Below, in pieces: positions 35,905 through 45,649 of a stretch of 64,000 bases of DNA; within the stretch, counting starts at the first letter, position 1; each line of letters starts with the position of its first letter. The notes below the pieces were generated by a model. It did no database searches. It was not told the origin of the DNA and worked only from the letters and a program-made list of their open reading frames with translations. The translations under genes were made by a program, and so were the position numbers. Origin of the DNA: Bacillota bacterium (GTDB lineage: Bacteria; Bacillota; SHA-98; UBA4971); assembly GCA_050261335.1 (NCBI GenBank), contig JBLNDE010000058.1:102968-166967 (forward strand). Direction: 5' to 3'.

Positions 35905-36528
35905 GTGCTGGTATACCGGGCTTCGGGCCCGAATGACACGAGAAGGCTTGGGGAGGCGCTGGGGAAGCTACTCAGGCCTGGCGATGTGGTTTGCCTCGAT
36001 GGCCGGCTCGGTGCCGGCAAGACCGTGTTCGTGCAGGGCGTGGCCGCGGGCATGGGCGTCAGGGGTCGGGTCACGAGCCCCACGTTTACCATAATCCATG
36101 AGCATCCCGGGAGAGTGCCGCTGTACCACATCGATGCCTACAGGCTTGACGGGGCACCGGATGCCGTGACCGTGGGGATCGAGGACTACGTCTACGGGTC
36201 GGGCGCCGTGGCCATCGAGTGGCCTGAGAGGATCCGCGAGCTTTTGCCCCAGGAGAGGCTCGACGTGGAGATTATGGTGCCCGCAGACGGTGACGGTGGG
36301 CGTGAAGACGCGCGCTGGCACAGACCCGGGGGCAGGCGTGTCGGCGGGAACGGGAGCGAGAGCGACGGCGAGGGCGAAGGTAAGGACGTGAGTGAGGGCG
36401 GGGACGAGAGCGGTGGCGACGGCGAGGGCGCGAGCGACCATACCAGAGAGATCGCGTTCTCTCCGCGCGGGGAGAGGTTCCGGCGCATGGTCGAGGAGTT
36501 GAGAGTGCTTGCGGGTCCTGGGGATTGA
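35905..36528 (+). CDS. tsaE: tRNA threonylcarbamoyladenosine biosynthesis protein TsaE with acidic Gly-rich C-terminal extension
   Basis: Walker A (GRLGAGKT), SPTF and IEW motifs; GGGAGG RBS before GTG 35905; candidate extended -10 TGGTATAAT at ~35856. Confidence 0.8.
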   Translation: MLVYRASGPNDTRRLGEALGKLLRPGDVVCLDGRLGAGKTVFVQGVAAGMGVRGRVTSPTFTIIHEHPGRVPLYHIDAYRLDGAPDAVTVGIEDYVYGSGAVAIEWPERIRELLPQERLDVEIMVPADGDGGREDARWHRPGGRRVGGNGSESDGEGEGKDVSEGGDESGGDGEGASDHTREIAFSPRGERFRRMVEELRVLAGPGD

Positions 36529-37327
36529 CACTTCCACGTTCACGGGAGGGGTGGCGCTCGTATCCGGCGACGAGGTGGTCGCCGAGTACAGCGCCATTGT
36601 AACGAGGACGAGCTCGGAGAGCATCGCCGCAGCCTGCGAGAGGCTCCTTGCTGAGGCCGGATGGACCGTCTCTGACCTGGATGGTGTCGCGGTGGCCGTA
36701 GGCCCGGGGTCGTTCACGGGTGTCCGGATAGGTGTGACCATGGCCAAGGCGCTGGGCTACGCGCTGGACCTCCCCATCGGCCCTGTCGTGACCCTTGACG
36801 CCATCGCGGCGAACCTGCCCTTCTCGAGGGCGCTCGTGTGCCCGCTCGTCTCTGCCAGGCGTAACCTTGTGTACACGGCCACCTACCGCGTGGGCGGGCA
36901 GTATCCGGAGCGGATGACCGACTACGAGGTCAGGGATGTCTGCGAGCTCGCGGCGAGATTACGAGTGCACACGGACGTGGACGTGGGCGTGGACGCCGAC
37001 CTGCACGCGCAGTCGGGCCCGGACGGGTACTCGGGCTCGAACCCGGACGCACACGCGGGCGGGGCAGAGGTCCTGTTCGTCGGGGATGGCGCGATGGCGC
37101 ACAGACAGGTTATACTTGAAAACGCCCGCGGAAGAGCTGCGATAGGGCCGGAGTGGTGCATCGGGCCTCGTCCTGCTGTGGTGGCGGCCATGGGAAAGCT
37201 CGAGATAGAGGCAGGGCGCGCCGCGGATGTCTATGGGCTGGAGCCGTTCTACCTGGGGAGATCCAGCGCCGAGACGGTGAGGGGCGAGGCTACATCAGGC
37301 GGGGGGCGTGCACAGGGTGGATTTTGA
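36509..37327 (+). CDS. tsaB: tRNA threonylcarbamoyladenosine biosynthesis protein TsaB (YeaZ) with internal low-complexity insert
   Basis: LGIDTSTFTGGVALVSGDEVVAEY...GPGSFTGVRIGV; TTG start. Confidence 0.8.
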   Translation: MRVLGIDTSTFTGGVALVSGDEVVAEYSAIVTRTSSESIAAACERLLAEAGWTVSDLDGVAVAVGPGSFTGVRIGVTMAKALGYALDLPIGPVVTLDAIAANLPFSRALVCPLVSARRNLVYTATYRVGGQYPERMTDYEVRDVCELAARLRVHTDVDVGVDADLHAQSGPDGYSGSNPDAHAGGAEVLFVGDGAMAHRQVILENARGRAAIGPEWCIGPRPAVVAAMGKLEIEAGRAADVYGLEPFYLGRSSAETVRGEATSGGGRAQGGF

Positions 37328-37811
37328 GATCAGCCCCATGCGGCAGAGCGATCTCGATGACATCATGGAGATCGAGAAGTCCTCGTTCCCGACTCCGTGG
37401 TCCCGGAACGCGTTCCTCTCGGAAATCTACGAGAACAGCAGGGCGTGTTACCTGGTGGCCCGGGAGAACGGCGCCGTCATAGGTTACGTCGGGATCTGGA
37501 TCATCCTCGACGAGGGCCACGTCACGAACCTCGCGGTACATCCGGACCACCGACGTCGCGGCGTCGGCGAGAAGCTCATGAAGGCTATCATGGACTATGC
37601 CAGGTCGAAAGGGGCCGGGAGGATCACCCTCGAGGTCAGGGTGTCCAACCTCGGGGCCCAGCGACTCTATGAGAGACTGGGGTTCGTGAGCGTCGGCATA
37701 CGGCCTGGCTACTACCACGACAACGGCGAGGACGCCATGATAATGTGGAAGAACGAGCGGCCCCCGAAGGACCGAGATCGACCTGTGAGGGACCGGCATG
37801 GGCGACGCTAG
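37308..37811 (+). CDS. rimI: ribosomal-protein-alanine N-acetyltransferase RimI (GNAT)
   Basis: GNAT acetyl-CoA motif (HRRRGVGEKLM); genomic context tsaB-rimI-tsaD; start may be GTG 37308 or ATG 37338. Confidence 0.75.
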   Translation: MHRVDFEISPMRQSDLDDIMEIEKSSFPTPWSRNAFLSEIYENSRACYLVARENGAVIGYVGIWIILDEGHVTNLAVHPDHRRRGVGEKLMKAIMDYARSKGAGRITLEVRVSNLGAQRLYERLGFVSVGIRPGYYHDNGEDAMIMWKNERPPKDRDRPVRDRHGRR

Positions 37812-38853
37812 AGGCCGCGCGTCATGCGTGCTCGGGATCGAGACAAGCTGCGACGAGACATCCGCGGCCGTGCTGCAGGGCGATGGGTCGGGCGAGACGT
37901 CCTCCCCTGGCCTTCGGCTTCGGTCCAGCGTGGTCGCATCTCAGGTATGTCTTCACACGCGGTTCGGCGGGGTCGTTCCCGAGGTCGCCTCGCGCCGCCA
38001 CGTGGAAACGATCATCCCCGTCATCGACCAGGCGCTGCGCGATGCAGGTGTAGCCCTTTCGGACTTGACGGCGGTGGCGGCGACTCGCGGGCCTGGCCTC
38101 GTGGGCGCCATCCTGGTGGGGCTGTCGGCGGCCAAGACCATGGCGCTGGCGCTGAAGGTGCCTTTCATCGGGGTCAACCACATCGAGGCTCACATGTATG
38201 CGAACTTCATCGAGCACCCGGATCTTCGTCCGCCGTTTGTGTGCCTCGTGGTTTCGGGGGGGCATACAGACCTCGTGTACCTGCGGGACCACGGCTCCTA
38301 TGAGGTGATGGGTCGCACGCGCGACGACGCCGCAGGGGAGGCGTTCGACAAGGTGGCGCGGGTGCTCGGGTTGGGCTACCCCGGAGGCCCCGCGATCGAC
38401 AATGCAGCGCGAGGCGGGGACCCGGGCGCTGTGCGCTTTCCCAGGGCGTTCCTGGAGGAAGGATCGTATGACTTCAGCTTCAGCGGGCTCAAGACCGCTG
38501 TGGTGAACTTCGTGAGAAAGGCCGAGACGAGCGGCGTGCCCCTGGGCATTGCCGACATTGCTGCCAGCTTCCAGGAAGCGGTGGTGGACGTCCTGGTGAA
38601 GAAGACGGTTCGGGCGGCGCTCGATAAGCACGTTTCCACTCTCGCGCTCGCCGGTGGCGTGGCGGCCAACTCCAGACTCAGGGAACAGCTGGCGCGAGGT
38701 GCATCTGAGGTAGGGCTACGCCTCGTGTCGCCGTCGCCTGCTCTGTGCACTGATAACGCAGCCATGGTGGCATGCGCGGGTTACTTCCGCGTGGCGAGAG
38801 GGGAGGCCAGCTCTCTGGACGTCCCTGCCGTCCCCGACCTCGACCTTGAGTGA
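37798..38853 (+). CDS. tsaD: tRNA N6-adenosine threonylcarbamoyltransferase TsaD (Kae1/Gcp)
   Basis: VLGIETSCDETSAAV..., HIEAHMYA, GGVAANSRLRE motifs; short S/G-rich insert near N-terminus. Confidence 0.85.
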   Translation: MGDARGRASCVLGIETSCDETSAAVLQGDGSGETSSPGLRLRSSVVASQVCLHTRFGGVVPEVASRRHVETIIPVIDQALRDAGVALSDLTAVAATRGPGLVGAILVGLSAAKTMALALKVPFIGVNHIEAHMYANFIEHPDLRPPFVCLVVSGGHTDLVYLRDHGSYEVMGRTRDDAAGEAFDKVARVLGLGYPGGPAIDNAARGGDPGAVRFPRAFLEEGSYDFSFSGLKTAVVNFVRKAETSGVPLGIADIAASFQEAVVDVLVKKTVRAALDKHVSTLALAGGVAANSRLREQLARGASEVGLRLVSPSPALCTDNAAMVACAGYFRVARGEASSLDVPAVPDLDLE

Positions 38854-38922
38854 CCAGAGTGAGATGCAAGGTAATTCCGCTTCCGGGTTTTCGATGGCAC
38901 AATGCCGGCCGGGCCTACCAGC

Positions 38923-38956
38923 TTGTGGATAACCCTGTGGATAATGTGGATAAAAG
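38923..38956 (+). promoter_or_regulatory. cluster of three tandem DnaA boxes (TTGTGGATAA, CTGTGGATAA, TGTGGATAAAA)
   Basis: Three same-orientation matches to the DnaA-box consensus TTATCCACA (reverse complement TGTGGATAA) with 12- and 10-nt spacing, inside a lower-GC ~250-nt spacer. Confidence 0.6.
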
Positions 38957-39157
38957 GGAAGGCTTGGCAGAGGAGGATGGTCCACCCAACAATCTATATG
39001 CAGGGGTGGCCAGGATTATGACAGTATCAGGAGACAATGTTTGTAGACAGTTCTGCACCGTGTCACATTCTCATGACGTATCGGAGCGGGATTGACAGGG
39101 TGCCGGTGCTGGGGCGAGGGCGAAACGCAAAGACGAAGAGGGAGAGGGGGTTGAAGC

Positions 39158-40123
39158 GTGGCACGTATCGGAGGCGGCGATATCGGCCTTGAGCCGGGGG
39201 GACCGGCCGGGCCCGTAGGCCCGAGCCCGTTTGAGCCGGTGGAGAGGCCGCGCCTCATCACGTTCTGGCGTATGCTCTTCCTTATCGGCGCGGCCATCGC
39301 TGCGCTCGTTATTACGCTATACGTGCTCGTGTCCTCGTGGCTTGCGCCTGAGGCCACTTTCGGCGTGGCGGATCGGCCGGTGAACATTCTCATCCTCGGA
39401 ACGGACAGGACCTACGACGACCACGGGAAGCCCATGGAGGGGCCGGTACGCGCAGATGTCATAATGCTCGCGTCGGTGAACCCGCAGGTCAATAAGATCT
39501 ACCTCGTGTCGATCCCGAGGGATACGAGGGCGCGGATCCCGGGGCACGGCACGAACAAAGTGAATGCCTCGCACACCTTTGGCGGGCAGGACCTGACTCG
39601 CAGGACCGTCGAGGACCTCGTTGGCGTGCCCATCGACCGTTACGTGGAGGCCGATTTCCAGGGGTTCGTGCGCATCGTGGACGCCCTTGGAGGGGTCGAG
39701 ATCGATGTGGACAAGGACATGCGGTACGTGGACAGGGCCGGCGGCTTCAAGGTCGATCTGAAGAAGGGCAGGCAAGTCCTGGACGGGGCGAAGGCGCTTG
39801 GGTACGTGAGGTACCGGGCGGATGCCCTCGGGGACATCAGCCGGGTGAGACGCCAGCAGACGCTTCTAAAAGCCGTTGCTCGCCAGGTCGTAAGCTTGCG
39901 CAACCTTCGCAATGCGCGCAAGATCCTCGGGATACTGATGGACCACGTGAGGACCGATATGTCCAGGCGCGACATGGCGTCCATCGGCTGGTTCGTCGTG
40001 AGGACGAAGGCCGAGGTGGTGTCGGAGACACTGCCGGGGGAGTTCTCCCCGTTATACTGGGTTCCTGACCAGAAGCGGATAGAGGAGCTCGTGGACGCAA
40101 TGCTGGAGGGTTTCGGGAAGTAA
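39158..40123 (+). CDS. LytR-CpsA-Psr (LCP) family cell-envelope phosphotransferase
   Basis: N-terminal TM anchor then LCP domain (ILILGTDRTYDDHG...IPRDT...GYVRYR); GGGAGAGGGGG RBS before GTG. Confidence 0.8.
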   Translation: MARIGGGDIGLEPGGPAGPVGPSPFEPVERPRLITFWRMLFLIGAAIAALVITLYVLVSSWLAPEATFGVADRPVNILILGTDRTYDDHGKPMEGPVRADVIMLASVNPQVNKIYLVSIPRDTRARIPGHGTNKVNASHTFGGQDLTRRTVEDLVGVPIDRYVEADFQGFVRIVDALGGVEIDVDKDMRYVDRAGGFKVDLKKGRQVLDGAKALGYVRYRADALGDISRVRRQQTLLKAVARQVVSLRNLRNARKILGILMDHVRTDMSRRDMASIGWFVVRTKAEVVSETLPGEFSPLYWVPDQKRIEELVDAMLEGFGK

Positions 40124-40128
40124 GGCGG

Positions 40129-40884
40129 GTGCAGCAGAACAGGGGGAGGTTCAGGGGGATGGTGCGCATCGACGTGGCCCTTGTGCCACAGGAGATTGAG
40201 GCAAGAAGCCTCAACGGGATCACGGCAGTAGTCATCGACGTTCTGAGAGCAAGCACGAGTATCGCATGCGCCATCTCAAACGGATGCGACGAGGTCATTC
40301 CCACGATCTCCGTGGAGGAGGCGGTGGAGATCTCGCGCGCCTACGCGAGGGGTGACTATCTTCTCTGCGGTGAGCGAAAGGGGGAGAAGATCGAGGGCTT
40401 CGACCTTGGCAACTCCCCGCTGGAGTACACGGAGGACCGCGTGGCGGGAAAGAAGATAATCATGACGACCACCAACGGCACGGGCGCCATCAGGGCGGTG
40501 AAGGCCGCGGACGACGTCATCGTGGGGTCCTGCTGGAACCTTTCCGCGGCCTGCGAGCGGGCCGTGTCGTTCGGCAGGGACATCCTCATCGTGTGCGCCG
40601 GTGAGGGCAGGAGGTTCGCCCTGGAGGATGCGGTGTGCGCGGGCATGATGTGCGCGCGGATCGCTTCTATGGTCGAAGCGGACGAGTCCGATGGCTGCGT
40701 CGCCGCCCGCCGTCTGTACGCCGCCTTCCGCGACGATATCGAGGCTGCGCTCGCGGGCTCGGAGCACGCACGGCATCTTGCGCGCATCGGCTTCGGCGAC
40801 GACGTCACCGCGGCCGCGCAGGTGGACAGGGTCTGCGTGGTGCCGGTGCTGCACGGCGGCCATATCGTGCGGAAAGCCGAGTAA
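40129..40884 (+). CDS. 2-phosphosulfolactate phosphatase (ComB) family protein
   Basis: ITAVVIDVLRASTSIA..., GERKGEKIEGFDLGNSP motif characteristic of ComB family. Confidence 0.7.
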   Translation: MQQNRGRFRGMVRIDVALVPQEIEARSLNGITAVVIDVLRASTSIACAISNGCDEVIPTISVEEAVEISRAYARGDYLLCGERKGEKIEGFDLGNSPLEYTEDRVAGKKIIMTTTNGTGAIRAVKAADDVIVGSCWNLSAACERAVSFGRDILIVCAGEGRRFALEDAVCAGMMCARIASMVEADESDGCVAARRLYAAFRDDIEAALAGSEHARHLARIGFGDDVTAAAQVDRVCVVPVLHGGHIVRKAE

Positions 40885-40969
40885 CGTGGTGAGCGACTTG
40901 CGCAGGGTGATACCAGGTAGATCGTCGCAGACCCGCGCCACTTGTGAGTACGGGAATCCTGTCCAGGGT

Positions 40970-41070
40970 CGCCGGTGTTGCACTCCGGGGACTGCGCGTG
41001 CGGAGCGATGCGTTCGAGTCTGGCGCTCAAGACCGGCCGAATTCCGGGCGCCCCGCCCTGGCAAGCACCG
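40970..41070. repeat. dispersed repeat family 2, copy D
   Basis: ggtgttgcactccggggactgcgcgtgcggagcg...; upstream of the SpoIID-like gene. Confidence 0.5.
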
Positions 41071-41107
41071 GCAGCTCCGACATCTTCAGGAAAAGCAGCG
41101 CAGATGT

Positions 41108-43207
41108 ATGGCACCATACTTAGTGACTGCACTGGCCCTGAGTATCGTGGGCGCGCGGGCGTGGGGCTTCTTCGCCTCGGAGCCGGCGGAAGCCGCGGAC
41201 GGCGTGGTGGGTGGCAAAGCGGTATCCGCCGAGGCTGGGGTCAGGGCCGAGGCTGCGACCGGCGCCGAGGCCGAGGCCGGGACCGGGGCGGCTCATATCA
41301 TGATGCAGGTGCGCCTCTCGGCGCGGTCGCCCGTCAGGTTCACACTGGACCAGGACGCGACGGCCATGGCGGTCTGGGACGAGGTGATCGCGCGCGAGAC
41401 CACGCTCGGAAGGTCGTTCACAGCTGTCCTGGGTGCCTCGGGAGCGGGCGACGGTGCTTACCAGGTGGAGGTGGCGAGGTTCGAGCACATCGAGGATGCA
41501 CTCGGCCTGCGGTCAAAGCTCGCAACATGCCTTTCGTATGACGACAGGGTGCGGTGTCTGCCGTACATCGTGCCCGAGGGTGACAGATGGGTCCTGCGGA
41601 TCGGCAAGACGGGCGATCCGGACACGGTGTACAGGCTGCGGGCGGCGCTCGCTTGGGCGGGGATGGAGCGGGGCTTCTTGCCGACCCCCGTCGTCGTGAG
41701 GCCGCAGGCCGAGGAGAGGACGCGCCTCGTGGCCGCGGGCGGGGCCTGCGAGGTGCGCGCCGGCGATCTTCCCGGTGAGGTCGTGCTGGCAACCGCGTCC
41801 GGCGAGTCCATGTCCTTCCCGGGCGGGCGCGTGCGCATCGTGCCGCGCAACCCTCTGGATATCGGGTTTACGCTGGGCGGTGTCCGCTACAAGGGTGAAC
41901 TCGAGGTAGCACGCAGGGACTCCTGGGACGGCAAGGTCGAGCTTGTGGCGACAAATCGCGTCGACATCGAGTCCTACGTGGAGGGTGTGTTGGCAGGCGA
42001 GGTGTACCCCAACTGGGAGATGGAGGCGCTCAAGGCGCAGGCAGTTGCGGCGAGGACGTACGCGCTCTACCGTAAGGCCGACAGCTACTACGACCGCGGG
42101 TACGATGTAGACGATACGGTGGCGTACCAGAAGTATTCGGGCGGGCACGCCATACAGTCGTTCCGGCAGGCGGTGGCCGAGACCCGCGGCGAGGTCATTA
42201 CTTACCAGGGCAGGCTCATAAAGGCGCATTACTTTGCTTCAGGCGGCGGAACGACCGAGGGTGACGAGGAGATCTGGCCCGGCGGCGGAGACGAGCCTTA
42301 CCTTGAGGCAGTGGCGGACTTCGACCAGATCTCGCCGCATTACCTCTGGCAGAATCCCCTGGCGATGTGGGCGGGGGATCTCCTCGCAAAGCTCGGCCTC
42401 GGGGCGGCGTTTCCCGCGTGGATCGAGCCCTCGCTGACGTCAGACTCGGGCGAGAAGGTGCTCGCGTACCGTTTCCGTACGGCCGCCGGCAGCGTGACCC
42501 TGACGCGGGAACAGGTCAGGCGCAAGCTGGGTCTCAAGAGCCCTCTCTTCACCATCAAGCTCATCGGGACTGAGGAGACGCGTGTCGCCCTGCCGCGGGC
42601 GACGCCGCTTGCGTCTCCCGAACCCGGGCCGGATGGCTCAGGCAAGCCCGGCGCTCCCGGAGCGCCGCCAGGTGCGGCGGGGGGAGCGGCGCACGGTGCG
42701 GCTGTTGTGGCTTCGAGCGGGGCCGGTAGCCCCGTGCTTCCCGCAGTCGGTGGCTGCGTGCCGGTGAGGGACGGCGCCATTACAACCGGCTACAGGGTCA
42801 AGCTGGACAGCGACGTGTTCGTGACGGGCACAGCGGTCGGTCCCGGACGCGCCGGAGAGTTGTCTCCCGCGACCCTCGTCGTCATCGACGGCGCAGGGTA
42901 CGGCCACGGTGTGGGCCTCAGCCAGTGGGGCGCGCAGGGCATGGCACTCATGCGGGACGAGTCTGGAAAGCCTCTGTATACATACGTGGACATCCTGAAG
43001 CATTACTACACCGGGGTAGAGGTAGTGGGCAACTACAACCTACCCGTCGTCCCTGCGGGCCCCGGTCCCGGGACCGCCCCCGATGTCGTCCCCGATGCGG
43101 TTCCCGGCGCTGCTCCCGGTCAGAGCGTCCCCAATCAGGAGGCCCCCGGTCGCAGCACCCCTCCTGCTGACCTCCCCGCCACGGATGTCTCTTTCGAGCG
43201 TCGGTAG
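41108..43207 (+). CDS. SpoIID/LytB-domain protein with N-terminal signal anchor and Pro/Ala-rich C-terminal tail
   Basis: SpoIID/LytB domain blocks (LKAQAVAARTYALYR, GEVITYQGRLIKAHYFASGGGTTEG); ATG 41108 gives a signal-peptide-like MAPYLVTALALSIVGARA; the ORF opens at 40691. Confidence 0.7.
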   Translation: MAPYLVTALALSIVGARAWGFFASEPAEAADGVVGGKAVSAEAGVRAEAATGAEAEAGTGAAHIMMQVRLSARSPVRFTLDQDATAMAVWDEVIARETTLGRSFTAVLGASGAGDGAYQVEVARFEHIEDALGLRSKLATCLSYDDRVRCLPYIVPEGDRWVLRIGKTGDPDTVYRLRAALAWAGMERGFLPTPVVVRPQAEERTRLVAAGGACEVRAGDLPGEVVLATASGESMSFPGGRVRIVPRNPLDIGFTLGGVRYKGELEVARRDSWDGKVELVATNRVDIESYVEGVLAGEVYPNWEMEALKAQAVAARTYALYRKADSYYDRGYDVDDTVAYQKYSGGHAIQSFRQAVAETRGEVITYQGRLIKAHYFASGGGTTEGDEEIWPGGGDEPYLEAVADFDQISPHYLWQNPLAMWAGDLLAKLGLGAAFPAWIEPSLTSDSGEKVLAYRFRTAAGSVTLTREQVRRKLGLKSPLFTIKLIGTEETRVALPRATPLASPEPGPDGSGKPGAPGAPPGAAGGAAHGAAVVASSGAGSPVLPAVGGCVPVRDGAITTGYRVKLDSDVFVTGTAVGPGRAGELSPATLVVIDGAGYGHGVGLSQWGAQGMALMRDESGKPLYTYVDILKHYYTGVEVVGNYNLPVVPAGPGPGTAPDVVPDAVPGAAPGQSVPNQEAPGRSTPPADLPATDVSFERR

Positions 43208-44632
43208 CCCAATGAGGCTCGCGAATTCGAGCCGTACCAGCCGCTTCCCAGTGATGAGCCTCGGGGCGAACTGCTTCTTGCAGGAGACGAACCAGTAGAG
43301 CGACACGACTGCGAGCCAGGCAAGGCCCGAAATGAAGCCGACGCGCTGCCCCGGCACGAACGGCAGCGTCAGGATGACGCCGGTGATGAGAGCCACGGTC
43401 ATGCATGAGGTGTATGGGTATCCAGGCATTTTGAACTTGAGCGCCGACGGGTCCCGCGCGAGGATCCGGCGGCGCATGTATAACTGGGACAGGCTTATGA
43501 TGAGCCAGGAGAACAGAAACCCGAACCCCCCGATCCCCGTGATATAGAGAAACGCCGTCTTGGGCACCAGGTAGTACAGGATGACCCCGATGTAAAGAAA
43601 GAAGGTGCTTCCAACGACGGCGAGATACGGGACGCGGGACTTCCTCCCAAGCCGCGTGAAGAACCTGGGCGCTGCCCCCGCCTCTGCCAGTGAGTAGAGC
43701 ATCCGCGAGCTTGTGTACAGCCCGGAGTTCATGCTCGACAGGGCGGCCGTGATGACCACGAAGTTCATGATGTCGGCGGCCGCGGGGATCCTGAGGAGCT
43801 GGTATACACGGACGAAGGGGCTCGCCCCGAGGCCCACTTCGAACCAGGGTATGGTGCCCACGAGCACGGTCATTGATCCGATGTAGAGCACGATGGTCCT
43901 GAGGGCGACGCCGTTCACCGCCCGGGGCACGCTGGTCGCAGGGTCCTCGGTCTCGGCTGCGGCCACCCCGATGACCTCCGTCCCGCCGTATGCGACCATC
44001 ACCATGACCATGGCCAGGAGCACGCCGGCGACGCCCTTGGGCGCGAAGCCTCCGTGCCCGACATAGTTCCTGAGGCCGACCGGGGTGAAAGGCCCGATCC
44101 CGAGTATGACAGCTCCGCCTATCAAGATGAAGGCCACTATGGCCACGACCTTGATCATGGCGAACCAGAACTCGAACTCGCCGAACGACCTGACGCTGGC
44201 GAGGTTCACGATCGTCATGGCCACGGCGAAGACGAGGCCGAAGACGAGCGCAAGCTCGGGCGAGACCCAGAGGCGCATGTATGTCGATGCGGCCACGATC
44301 TCGGCGGACATGATGACCACCCAGGCGATCCAGTAGGTCCAGCCGACCACGTAGCCAGCGTATGGGTGCAGGGATTCCGCCGCGTAAGTGCGAAAGGAGC
44401 CCTCTACGGGCTCGGCCACGGACATCTCGGCGAGAGCGAGCATCACCATCATCATGATGACGCCGCCGAGCGCGAAGGACAGGATGACGGCCGGGCCCGC
44501 GAGTCTCACCGTGGCCGCACTGCCGAGGAACATCCCCACCCCGATGACACCGCCGATGGATATCATCGAGAGGTGGCGCGAGGCAAGGCCGCGACGAAGC
44601 CCGCTCTGCCCGGAAGAGGCCAATGAATTCAC
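43040..44632 (-). CDS. APC-superfamily amino-acid permease
   Basis: 12-TM amino-acid permease signature (SMISIGGVIGVGMF); GTG start; C-terminal tail overlaps the convergent SpoIID-like gene by ~168 nt. Confidence 0.8.
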   Translation of the reverse strand: MNSLASSGQSGLRRGLASRHLSMISIGGVIGVGMFLGSAATVRLAGPAVILSFALGGVIMMMVMLALAEMSVAEPVEGSFRTYAAESLHPYAGYVVGWTYWIAWVVIMSAEIVAASTYMRLWVSPELALVFGLVFAVAMTIVNLASVRSFGEFEFWFAMIKVVAIVAFILIGGAVILGIGPFTPVGLRNYVGHGGFAPKGVAGVLLAMVMVMVAYGGTEVIGVAAAETEDPATSVPRAVNGVALRTIVLYIGSMTVLVGTIPWFEVGLGASPFVRVYQLLRIPAAADIMNFVVITAALSSMNSGLYTSSRMLYSLAEAGAAPRFFTRLGRKSRVPYLAVVGSTFFLYIGVILYYLVPKTAFLYITGIGGFGFLFSWLIISLSQLYMRRRILARDPSALKFKMPGYPYTSCMTVALITGVILTLPFVPGQRVGFISGLAWLAVVSLYWFVSCKKQFAPRLITGKRLVRLEFASLIGLPTLERDIRGGEVSRRGAATGGLLIGDALTGSSAGNRIGDDIGGGPGTGARRDDG

Positions 44633-44754
44633 CCCGAACGCTAGGATTTCCGCGCTCCGCGTCGAATATTCAGCCGTGGCGCGTAAAGCGTGCTCCCGGG
44701 GTCGCGAAACCCCGGTGCAGGACCCGTCCGGGTCGGATAGGAGGTGGGCGTCCC

Positions 44755-45558
44755 ATGGGCAGGACAGCGTGCCGGCTTGCCGCCGTCCTCGTCCTGTCTT
44801 CGGTCATGCTTACCGGCTGTCTTCCGAAGGCGCGTGAGGAAGCCACGAACCCCTCGGACCTCTTCCGGGCCGCGGTAGACAATACATTCGCCCTGAAGAG
44901 CGTGCGAGTGGTCGAGGAGACGGCGTTTCCGTCCTCCGAAAGGCTGCTCCCTGCTCGCGAGGCGAAGGCGCTCGGCACGGGGATATGGACGCGCGTCGTG
45001 GAGTTCGTGGCGCCCGACCGGGTTCACTATTCCTCGTCGTCCGAGGACGGAGGGATGGAGGCGTACCGCGTGGGATCCTCCATGGCATACAGGCTCACCG
45101 ACCTTGAGGGATCTGGCGATGAGCCAGGTGGGGCAGGCAATGGGGGATGGATCCGGGTGGATCGCGCCGCGGACGTGAAGGACGAGACGGTACGCTCAGA
45201 GCTCGAATGGCTCGCTGGAGTGACGGGGGCAGAGAGCATCCTCGATGGCGGGCTGCGTGAGGTCGAGAACGTCACGAAAACAGGGGAGGAAAACGTCGAG
45301 CGTGTGCGCTGCGCCGTCCTCAGCTTCGACAGCCCGGCCTGGCTTGCGCGCTTTGAGGCGAATCTCGCGGAGGCAGGGATCAACGCGAAGCAGGTGAAAT
45401 ACGAGATAAGGGGGTGGGTGACATCGAGGGGCGAACCGCTCATCTACAAGATCGAGGACATGTGGGTATACCAGGAGCCGGGGTCGGGTGTCTACGAGTA
45501 CACGATAAGCACGAGGGTGCTGGAGCCTGTCCCGGACCTTCGCATAGAGCTTCCCTGA
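44755..45558 (+). CDS. hypothetical lipoprotein
   Basis: Lipobox (VLSSVMLTGC) after GGAGGTGG RBS; no family assignment. Confidence 0.55.
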   Translation: MGRTACRLAAVLVLSSVMLTGCLPKAREEATNPSDLFRAAVDNTFALKSVRVVEETAFPSSERLLPAREAKALGTGIWTRVVEFVAPDRVHYSSSSEDGGMEAYRVGSSMAYRLTDLEGSGDEPGGAGNGGWIRVDRAADVKDETVRSELEWLAGVTGAESILDGGLREVENVTKTGEENVERVRCAVLSFDSPAWLARFEANLAEAGINAKQVKYEIRGWVTSRGEPLIYKIEDMWVYQEPGSGVYEYTISTRVLEPVPDLRIELP

Positions 45559-45649
45559 TGGCCAGCGCGGCGTGCGGGCGTGCGGGAAGGAGGGAAGGAG
45601 GCGGTCCCCGGGGTACGGATCGACAGGACATGTGCTATACTTGAGTCAA

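Noticed and set aside
38850-39095. 81-aa ORF overlapping the DnaA-box spacer
   Set aside because: No RBS, lower-GC non-coding-looking sequence, no similarity. The region is better explained as a regulatory spacer with DnaA boxes.
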